A stretch of 59,408 nucleotides of DNA from Ruminococcaceae bacterium UBA1320 (GTDB taxonomy: Bacteria > Bacillota > Clostridia > Oscillospirales > Ethanoligenentaceae): contig DBTI01000094.1 in the NCBI GenBank assembly GCA_002306975.1, positions 1,193 to 60,600 on the forward strand. The letters are read 5' to 3'. The notes beneath the pieces are model-generated. The model ran no database searches and had not been told where the DNA came from. It saw only the letters and a program-made list of their open reading frames with translations. The first letter of the stretch is position 1. Every line of letters begins with the position of its first letter. Both the position numbers and the translations under genes were made by a program. Positions 52,226 to 59,408 of this stretch are shown in pieces.

Positions 52226-54019
52226 TCAACTTAAGTCCCTCCCTATCGCACCAAATGAGCAAAGCCCTGTGCAGAGCCCGCAGCCATAACAGAGCGACGC
52301 GTCTATTTCCGCTTTTTTATCTGCCGAACGGTGAAGCGCGGGGCAGCCTATTTCATTAATGCATTTGCCGCACGCTTTGCACTTTTCCGTGTCAACTTTC
52401 AAGGCGAACTCGCGTTTGAAAAGCGCGATGCAGGGGGCTTCGAAAACAATCGCGGAAACAGTATCCTGCTGCGATGCTTCACGGGCAGCCTCTATCGCCG
52501 CCTTTTGGTCAAAAGGATCCAGACGGCGGACATATGAAACGCCAAGCCCTTTGAGCGTGTCGTATATGCTGATTTTCGGTGAATCTGTACCCATCATGGT
52601 TTTACCTATGCCCGGGTGCGGCTGATGGCCTGTCATTGCCGTAGTGCTGTTGTCAAGAACAACAACCGTTATCGGGGTTTTGTTGTAAAGCGCGTTGACT
52701 ACACCCGGAATACCGGTGTGGAAAAAGGTTGAGTCACCGATAAAGGCAAAAACCTTTTTATTCGGTTCAACACGCTTAATGCCCTGCGCAACTGTGATTG
52801 AGGCGCCCATGCAAAGGCAGGTGTCCGCCATATCCAGCGGCTTCGCGTTGCCAAGCGTGTAACAGCCGATATCACCGGTGAAAACCGCCTCCTGCCCCTT
52901 CATCGCCTGCTTTACGGCATAGAACGACGCGCGGTGAGGGCAGCCGGCGCAGAGGTTTGGTGCGCGCGTCGGCAGCGGCTCAGGATACGCTTCGGTTTGT
53001 TTGTTTTCTTCTTTTATATGAAAAAATTCTTTAAGTATTTTTTCAACCGCCTCGCAGCTTAGCTCGCCGCATTTTGGCACGTTGCCGGTCTTTTTGCCGT
53101 ATATCTTGACGTTTCTGCCTAAACCCACTGTTTCAGCGGTCAGCGCTTCTTCAATAACCGGGTCAAGCTCCTCGATTACAAGCGCGCGGGAAAGTCCGTC
53201 GAGGAACCGCGCTGCTTTCTTTTTAGGGAACGGATAAGCTGTGCCGACCTTAAAAACGCGCACATCAAGCCCCAGTTTTTCTATAACATCATGCGCATAA
53301 GCGTAAGCGATGCCCGAAGCGGCGATGCCATCGCCGGCACTGCCTGTTACATGGTTAAACTCACTGTCATCAAAGATGTCGGCGATCTCGTCCTGCTTTT
53401 TTTCCAGCTTGATATGATTTTTATAGGCAAGCGGGGGGAAGATTACCCACTTGGGGTCTTTTACAAAGCCCTCCGGCGTATATTCATACTTGCCGCCCGA
53501 CAATTCGACATCGGCGCAGGCGTGGCAAACGCGGGTTGTCGGTCGTAAGAACACCGGCAGCCCGATTTTCTCGGAAAGTTCAAAGGCATACACAGCCATT
53601 TTATAGGCTTCCTCCGGCGTAGAGGGGTCAAGCACCGGCAGATTGGAATATTTCGCGAAATGGCGTGTATCCTGCTCGGTCTGTGAAGAGTTGGGACCCG
53701 GATCGTCCGCTACGAGCACAACCATGCCACCCTTTGTTCCTATGTAAGAAAGGCTCATAAGCGGGTCGGACGCGACATTCAAACCGACCTGTTTCATTGT
53801 AACCATAACGCGCGCACCTGAATATGAAGCGCCCGCACCAAGCTCCATAGCCGCCTTTTCATTTACCGACCATTCGACATAAATGCCGCCGTCATTATTT
53901 TTCGCAACGGTTTCAAGCACCTCGGTTGACGGTGTGCCGGGATAACCGCACACGACCTTGACTCCTGCGCTGATCGCGCCAAACGCGATGGCTTCATTGC
54001 CCATCAGCAGTTTTTTCAT
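52226..54019 (-). CDS. iorA: Indolepyruvate:ferredoxin oxidoreductase alpha subunit
   Basis: GYPGTPSTE, MKQVGLNVASD, LCAGCPHR, GDIGCY, GDSTFFH (TPP), two C-terminal 4Fe-4S motifs. Confidence 0.95.
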   Translation of the reverse strand: MKKLLMGNEAIAFGAISAGVKVVCGYPGTPSTEVLETVAKNNDGGIYVEWSVNEKAAMELGAGASYSGARVMVTMKQVGLNVASDPLMSLSYIGTKGGMVVLVADDPGPNSSQTEQDTRHFAKYSNLPVLDPSTPEEAYKMAVYAFELSEKIGLPVFLRPTTRVCHACADVELSGGKYEYTPEGFVKDPKWVIFPPLAYKNHIKLEKKQDEIADIFDDSEFNHVTGSAGDGIAASGIAYAYAHDVIEKLGLDVRVFKVGTAYPFPKKKAARFLDGLSRALVIEELDPVIEEALTAETVGLGRNVKIYGKKTGNVPKCGELSCEAVEKILKEFFHIKEENKQTEAYPEPLPTRAPNLCAGCPHRASFYAVKQAMKGQEAVFTGDIGCYTLGNAKPLDMADTCLCMGASITVAQGIKRVEPNKKVFAFIGDSTFFHTGIPGVVNALYNKTPITVVVLDNSTTAMTGHQPHPGIGKTMMGTDSPKISIYDTLKGLGVSYVRRLDPFDQKAAIEAAREASQQDTVSAIVFEAPCIALFKREFALKVDTEKCKACGKCINEIGCPALHRSADKKAEIDASLCYGCGLCTGLCSFGAIGRDLS

Positions 54020-54117
54020 CTATGAACCTCCATCCGCGAAACGCGGTAATCTATAGCAATATATTTTTGTGTCTCCCTCTTTCCGGTGGGGAAACACTTT
54101 TTGCAAAGCGGTTTTAT

Positions 54118-54372
54118 GCAATAAAAAGCGCCTATCCTTGTAATTAAACAAGGACAGACGTTTAGTCTGCGGTACCACCTTGATTGAGCCTATACGGCCC
54201 CGCCTCTGTTGCGGCTTAACGCGCCGCCTGTCGTCGGATTTTACTCGCAGCCAAAGATGCTGTTTTCCTTCCGCCTTCCAAAGCCCACCCACCGGTTATC
54301 TCCTGCCGCATTTCAGCAAACAGCGGCTCTCTGAGAGGACATGCGCCGATTTTGTCTTTTTCACAGGTTTTC
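54118..54372 (-). promoter_or_regulatory. T-box riboswitch, probable Trp (UGG) specifier
   Basis: Stem I with AGAGA bulge and GCTGAAA distal loop; T-box AAGGTGGTACCGC; terminator CGTCTGTCCTTG/CAAGGATAGGCG+TTTTT; TTGACA-N17-TATTCT promoter at 54432-54460. Confidence 0.92.
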
Positions 54373-54563
54373 TGTATTAAAAAAGCGCTTGTTTTTAAAC
54401 AAATCGCCGTTTTTTGTTCGATATTAATATAAGAATAGTATAATTCTTCTTTTTTGTCAAGTGCGCTTTAGCCATAACTTTAATCCATTATTAAAGCTAT
54501 GGCTATATGATATAATCTGCAATAAGCGGCGTGATATAAATTATAAACCGAATTTATAGTCTT

Positions 54564-55037
54564 TTATATTCCATCACAAAAGCTCTTAATCTTTTGCACA
54601 GTTTCTTCCGATTGTGTTTTTTTAGGCGAAATCAAATCAAAAGTTGCAATCACTTCACAAGCCGGAAGCGCGTCTTTCAGCTTATCCAAGCACTTCCCTA
54701 CCCCTCCCGCACTGCAGGCGAATAGAGCAACTTTCTTTTTCGACAAATCATTTTCTTTTATAAATGTTTTAATAGGTGGGGTAAAACTTCCTGCCCAGAC
54801 AGGCGTTCCGATAATAACCAAATCATATTTTTCGACATCAAAATCATAAGGAAGAAGTTTCGGTGACTCGCCGAATACGACGCTCTTTCCACCCCAGAAG
54901 AATTTGCTTACATTTCCACGCGGATAATCTTTTGCAGGTTCAAGTCTTAATTCATCCGCACCTGTAAATTCCGCAATTTTATCCGCCACATATTTTGTAT
55001 TCCCTTCAAGTGAAAAATAAACTACAATAGCTTTCAT
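54564..55037 (-). CDS. Flavodoxin
   Basis: VYFSLEGNT, IGTPVWAG. Confidence 0.9.
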   Translation of the reverse strand: MKAIVVYFSLEGNTKYVADKIAEFTGADELRLEPAKDYPRGNVSKFFWGGKSVVFGESPKLLPYDFDVEKYDLVIIGTPVWAGSFTPPIKTFIKENDLSKKKVALFACSAGGVGKCLDKLKDALPACEVIATFDLISPKKTQSEETVQKIKSFCDGI

Positions 55038-55039
55038 CT

Positions 55040-55609
55040 TTATCGCTCCTGTTCATCAGTTATTTTATCGACACTCTTTAATGCCTCTTCCGTTTCTCCG
55101 CACCATTCCAGGTATGCCCTATATGCTTTTATGCCAAACTTCGCTGTTAACAAATAGTATAAATGTGCATCTTCGGTATCTTTAATTTGTTCCAATCGGC
55201 TTGCTATATGTTCTAAATCGGCAAGTTCGATTTCGATTTTTTCTTTAAATTTTGTAACATGTGCTAAAGTATTATCTTTTCCTATTTCACTGCCAAAAAA
55301 CAGCTTTAGTAAAGTTTCATATCGTAATTCATCCTTTTTGACAGGCTCAAACAGCCACTCCTTTAAATGGTTGCGGCCATCCTCTGTAATTGTGTAAATG
55401 ATTTTATCTCGCCCGTTCTCTTTTGTTTCAAGCTTTGTTATCATTCCATTTTGAACCATGCTGTTTAACGTAGGATAAATGCTTCCGAAACTGGCTCTCC
55501 AGAAATACTTTAATTTCGTATCCATCCTATTTTTGATTTGATAACCGGTCAATGATTCGTTGCTTAACAAACCAAGAATAGCGCAGTCCATTTTCTTTTC
55601 AGTTGCCAT
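55040..55609 (-). CDS. PadR family transcriptional regulator
   Basis: ILGLL, TGYQIK, SFGSIYPTL, YTITEDGR; start 55609 preferred over 55621. Confidence 0.92.
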   Translation of the reverse strand: MATEKKMDCAILGLLSNESLTGYQIKNRMDTKLKYFWRASFGSIYPTLNSMVQNGMITKLETKENGRDKIIYTITEDGRNHLKEWLFEPVKKDELRYETLLKLFFGSEIGKDNTLAHVTKFKEKIEIELADLEHIASRLEQIKDTEDAHLYYLLTAKFGIKAYRAYLEWCGETEEALKSVDKITDEQER

Positions 55610-55633
55610 CCGGTACCTCATATTTTTATAATC

Positions 55634-55678
55634 TATATATCAGTGTGATACATAGATTATATATCACACTGATATATA
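55634..55678. promoter_or_regulatory. Double palindromic operator (probable PadR autoregulation)
   Basis: Two TATCA-N3-TGATA boxes arranged as an inverted pair within the padR promoter. Confidence 0.7.
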
Positions 55679-55752
55679 AGTCAATACCTTCGTTCATTTT
55701 TTTGTCTTGTGCAGAAAAATAAAAAGAGGCAGGGAAAACTCCCTGCCCTAAA

Positions 55753-55789
55753 TAGATGTCTCCCCCGCCGGAGGCGGGGGAGACATCTA
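55753..55789. repeat. REP-like palindrome copy J
   Basis: TAGATGTCTCCCCCGCC-GGA-GGCGGGGGAGACATCTA. Confidence 0.85.
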
Positions 55790-55818
55790 AAAATTTGTTA
55801 TATTGCTATAACTGTAAA

Positions 55819-57576
55819 TTACTTTACCGAAGCCCACATCAGGTATTTGTAGCCCATTGAGGATGATACATAGCCCTGAAGCTTTGAGCTGACAAGATCA
55901 GGATTGGTGTAGTAGTAGATTGGCATGCAGGCATAGTTATCTGTAAGGATTTTTTCCGCCTGATGCAGCTCGGTCATACGCTTGGTGGCGTCGCTTTCCT
56001 TCTTGGCACCCGAAATGAGCTTATCAAATTCGGCGTTGGAGAACTTGGAGTCGTTGTTGCCGCTGTTTGAAACGAAGATATCAAGGAAGGTCATCGGGTC
56101 TGCATAGTCGGCGTTCCAACCGTCACGGGCGACCTGATAGTTGCCGGTGTTGCGGTCGTTTATAAATACAGACCATTCCTCGTTAACAATGTTGACATTG
56201 ATGCCAAGGTTCTTTTTCCACTCTGACTGAACAAATTCAGCGGGCTTTTGGTGAATTTCACTGGTGTTGTATTTGATTGTTATGGTTGGAAAGCCTTTTC
56301 CGTCTGGATATCCGGCTTCGGCAAGCGCTTTCTTCGCTTCGGCGATATTTGCGGCGTTTCCAGCCGATGACACGTCAAAAGGCTCCTTGCCGTTTTCTCT
56401 GAAATCTGTTTTGCCGTCCGCGTCAAGAATACCGTAAGGCACGATTGAACCGGCTGGCTTTTGACCGCCCTTTGCAACGCTGTTCACAAGATAATCTCTG
56501 TCAATCGCAAGTGTCAACGCTTTTCTTACATTAATATTGTCGAACGGCGCAACCTTGTCGTTGAATGCATAATAGTAAATTCCAAGGTTACTGTAGATCT
56601 TTGCTTCATTGTTTTTAACAAGTGTCGCAAGCTCGTCTGTCGGATAATCTTCCGCAAGATCAAGCTGACCGTTTTTGAATGCCGCAAGGATAGAGTTTGT
56701 ATCGTTCATCAGCAGAAAATCAAGTTCTGATCCGACGATGTTCTTCTTATCATAATAGTTCGGATTTGCAACAAAAACCATTTTGCTGTTGTGGTTCCAT
56801 GTCTTGAGCATATACGGGCCGTTGCCGATATAGGTTGCAGGATCCGTTGCCCACTTGTCGGGATTCTTCTCTATAATATCTTTTCTTACAGGGTCAAGTG
56901 TCGGGAAACCGGCGATCTGAAGAAAATAGGTGCAGGGGCTGACAAGTGTAACAACAAGCGTGTAATCGTCTGTTGCCTTTGCGCCAAGGTCGTCAAGCCA
57001 GATGGCGGAGCCGTCTTTTTTGGCTGAAACATAAGCACCGTTTGGATCTTCCGTGTAGTTGCCCTTAGCGTCCTTAACCGGTTTGCCGGCCTTGTCGACC
57101 TTAACCTTTGCAGGTTTGCCGTTTTTGTCGACATACTGTGAGGTGATCGCTTCAGCATTCGTGATATAGTTGAGCTGATAAGAATACGGTGAAGCAGTCA
57201 AAGGATTGACCGCTCTCTGCCATGCATAGACGAAGTCGCCCGCCGTAACAGATTTGCCGTCGCTCCATTTTGCGTCTTTTCTGATGTGGAAGGTATAGAT
57301 CAAGCCGTCCTTGCTGATATCCCAGCTCTCGGCTGTTCCTGCAACTGTTTTATTGTCTTTATCTGCTTTTGTAAGCCCTTCAAAAGCATGAACAAGATAG
57401 ATTGAGCCGTCGACTGCCTGGTTGATTGCAGGATCGATTGACTTTGGCTCTGAACCGACACAAGCTTTAATCGGCTTTAAACCATTTGTAGTGCCGGTAT
57501 TTTGCGATGATTTGCACCCTGCGAAAACAGAGGCAACCATAACCGCCGCAAGCGCGATTGATAATACTTTTTTCAT
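55819..57576 (-). CDS. oppA: Oligopeptide ABC transporter binding lipoprotein
   Basis: Lipobox FAGC, YTFHIRKDAKWSDG, GNGPY, RDGWNADY; ATG 57576 after AGGAG. Confidence 0.93.
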   Translation of the reverse strand: MKKVLSIALAAVMVASVFAGCKSSQNTGTTNGLKPIKACVGSEPKSIDPAINQAVDGSIYLVHAFEGLTKADKDNKTVAGTAESWDISKDGLIYTFHIRKDAKWSDGKSVTAGDFVYAWQRAVNPLTASPYSYQLNYITNAEAITSQYVDKNGKPAKVKVDKAGKPVKDAKGNYTEDPNGAYVSAKKDGSAIWLDDLGAKATDDYTLVVTLVSPCTYFLQIAGFPTLDPVRKDIIEKNPDKWATDPATYIGNGPYMLKTWNHNSKMVFVANPNYYDKKNIVGSELDFLLMNDTNSILAAFKNGQLDLAEDYPTDELATLVKNNEAKIYSNLGIYYYAFNDKVAPFDNINVRKALTLAIDRDYLVNSVAKGGQKPAGSIVPYGILDADGKTDFRENGKEPFDVSSAGNAANIAEAKKALAEAGYPDGKGFPTITIKYNTSEIHQKPAEFVQSEWKKNLGINVNIVNEEWSVFINDRNTGNYQVARDGWNADYADPMTFLDIFVSNSGNNDSKFSNAEFDKLISGAKKESDATKRMTELHQAEKILTDNYACMPIYYYTNPDLVSSKLQGYVSSSMGYKYLMWASVK

Positions 57577-57744
57577 TTCCAAATCTCCTCTTATCTCTCT
57601 ATCTGTCATGGTTGTGCTTGAATTTATTTCATACAGAACCAATATTTAAGCCCTCAAGGGGTTTAAAACCTATATAAAGCGGTTTTTATCTATATCTTGC
57701 CGCCCATATTCGACCTTAATTGACAAATTTTAGCTATACGATTT

Positions 57745-58701
57745 TCAATTAAACAAACATGCGCAGAAATGACCCGGTGAAACTTCCCGCATCTGAGGAA
57801 CCGTGCTTGCGCATTCCGGTTTTGCAAGCGGGCAGCGTGTGCGGAATTTACAACCCGAAGGCGGATTTAACGGGGAAGGAATTTCCCCCTTAAGAATCTG
57901 CTTTTTACTGGTTATTTCCGATTTCGGCTTTGCTACCGGAATAGCGGAAATAAGCGCCTGAGTATATGGGTGAGTCGGATTGCGGTAAAGCTCATCGCTT
58001 GTGGCAAGCTCAACGAGCGAACCGAGATACATAACGCCGACCCTGTCGCTGATATGCTTGACAATAGAAAGGTCGTGCGCGATAAACAAATAGGTGAGCG
58101 ACATTTTTTTCTGCATTTCTTCAAGCATGTTGACTATCTGTGCCTGAATGGAAACGTCAAGTGCGGAAACAGGTTCGTCGCACACGATGAAAGACGGCTG
58201 AACGGCAAGCGCCCTCGCTATTCCGATACGCTGACGCTGTCCGCCGGAAAACTCGTGTGGATAGCGCTGAGCATGGTCGGAGTTTAGGCCAACGGTGCGC
58301 AAAAGCTCCATTATCTTATCCTTGCGCTCAGTCTTGTTTCTATAAAGCCGGTGAATATCAAGCGGTTCGCCAACAATGTCGGCGACGGTCATTCGAGGAT
58401 CAAGCGACGCATATGGGTCCTGAAAAATTATCTGCATTTTTTTGCGATATTCAGTAATGTCACCCTTTGTGATGTCTTTATCCTCATAAAATATTTTGCC
58501 CGATGTCGGTTCAATTAACCTTAAAAGCGTTCTGCCAAGTGTAGTCTTTCCGCAACCGCTTTCGCCGACAAGACCGAGCGTTTCGCCTTTTGCTATTTCT
58601 AACGAAACATCGTCAACAGCTTTGACAACGCCATGGCTGAATGTATTTCGAACATTAAAATATTGTTTTAAATTTTCTGCTCTGATTAATTTTTCGCTCA
58701 T
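57745..58701 (-). CDS. oppF: Oligopeptide ABC transporter ATP-binding protein
   Basis: [22 protein letters not shown]-terminal Cys-rich [12 protein letters not shown]. Confidence 0.93.
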   Translation of the reverse strand: MSEKLIRAENLKQYFNVRNTFSHGVVKAVDDVSLEIAKGETLGLVGESGCGKTTLGRTLLRLIEPTSGKIFYEDKDITKGDITEYRKKMQIIFQDPYASLDPRMTVADIVGEPLDIHRLYRNKTERKDKIMELLRTVGLNSDHAQRYPHEFSGGQRQRIGIARALAVQPSFIVCDEPVSALDVSIQAQIVNMLEEMQKKMSLTYLFIAHDLSIVKHISDRVGVMYLGSLVELATSDELYRNPTHPYTQALISAIPVAKPKSEITSKKQILKGEIPSPLNPPSGCKFRTRCPLAKPECASTVPQMREVSPGHFCACLFN

Positions 58702-59408
58702 TCTGCGGTCTCCTTTCCCTGTGCCCTTGGATCATGCAGCCAGCAGGCGGACTCATGTCCTTCTGAAATTTTTGTATATGGCGGCAGATTTGAAAGGCAA
58801 ACCTTAAGGCATTTTTCGCAGCGCTGTGCAAACGGGCAGCCCGCCGGAGGATTGAGCAAATCTATCGGCGTGCCCTCGATCGGAATAAGCGGCTGTGAGC
58901 TGTCAAGCTTTGGAATGGATGCCAGCAGTCCTTTTGTGTAGGGATGCTGAGGGTTGCGGAAAATTTCCTCACACGGGGCGGACTCGACGATTTTGCCGCC
59001 GTACATAACAACAACCTTGTCCGCAACATCGGCGACAATGCCAAGGTCATGCGTAATCATCATAACCGACATGTGGATTTTTTTGCGAAGCTCTTTTATT
59101 ATTTCAAGGATCTGTGCCTGAATCGTTACGTCAAGCGCAGTCGTCGGCTCATCGGCAATCAGCATTTTGGGGTTGCCTGCAAGTGCCATGGCAATCATAA
59201 CGCGCTGACGCATGCCGCCGGAAAACTCATGCGGATATTGTTTCATGCGCTTTTCGGGCTCGTTGATACCCACAAGGCCGAGAAGTTCCACGGCTCTTGC
59301 GTGCCGCTCCTGCCGGTTCATGCTTGTGTGCAGTTGCAGCATTTCCGTAAGCTGATTGCCGATGGTGTACACTGGATTCAGCGACGTCATCGGATCCTGG
59401 AAGATCAT
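58698..59408 (-). CDS. oppD: Oligopeptide ABC transporter ATP-binding protein (5' end outside window)
   Basis: [33 protein letters not shown]. Confidence 0.92.
   Translation of the reverse strand: MIFQDPMTSLNPVYTIGNQLTEMLQLHTSMNRQERHARAVELLGLVGINEPEKRMKQYPHEFSGGMRQRVMIAMALAGNPKMLIADEPTTALDVTIQAQILEIIKELRKKIHMSVMMITHDLGIVADVADKVVVMYGGKIVESAPCEEIFRNPQHPYTKGLLASIPKLDSSQPLIPIEGTPIDLLNPPAGCPFAQRCEKCLKVCLSNLPPYTKISEGHESACWLHDPRAQGKETAE

Noticed and set aside
54020-54380. 90-aa and 66-aa ORFs upstream of iorA
   Set aside because: They overlap the T-box leader RNA

Overview
Chromosomal window from a spore-forming anaerobic Firmicute (Clostridia, probably Oscillospiraceae/Ruminococcaceae-like; inferred from gene content and strong GGAGG RBSs). 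Left to right: partial MFS transporter; an AT-rich complete agr quorum-sensing locus (agrA-agrC, agrB plus a 43-aa agrD missing from the ORF track, with LytTR direct repeats); iron-sulfur flavoprotein behind a MerR-type promoter; spore-coat transglutaminase (tgl) operon; a sugar-utilisation cluster (YesMN-type TCS, ABC importer, unclassified GH42-like hydrolase, D-lyxose isomerase, polyol dehydrogenase, probable deleted kinase); a TCS, a 31-aa membrane peptide and a KimA-like K+ transporter; GGDEF, S66 peptidase, GNAT, a cation/H+ antiporter with a candidate Na+ riboswitch, msrAB, MalT-like regulator with ABC exporter, topB, a GH18 gene split by an in-frame stop, eno, a T-box-controlled iorAB next to an arylacetate-CoA ligase (proposed aromatic amino-acid salvage), PadR/flavodoxin and the end of an opp operon. 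About ten copies of a covarying REP-like palindrome are dispersed in intergenic regions. No rRNA, tRNA, CRISPR array, transposase or phage genes were seen. All calls come from motif recognition by eye; no database searches were run.
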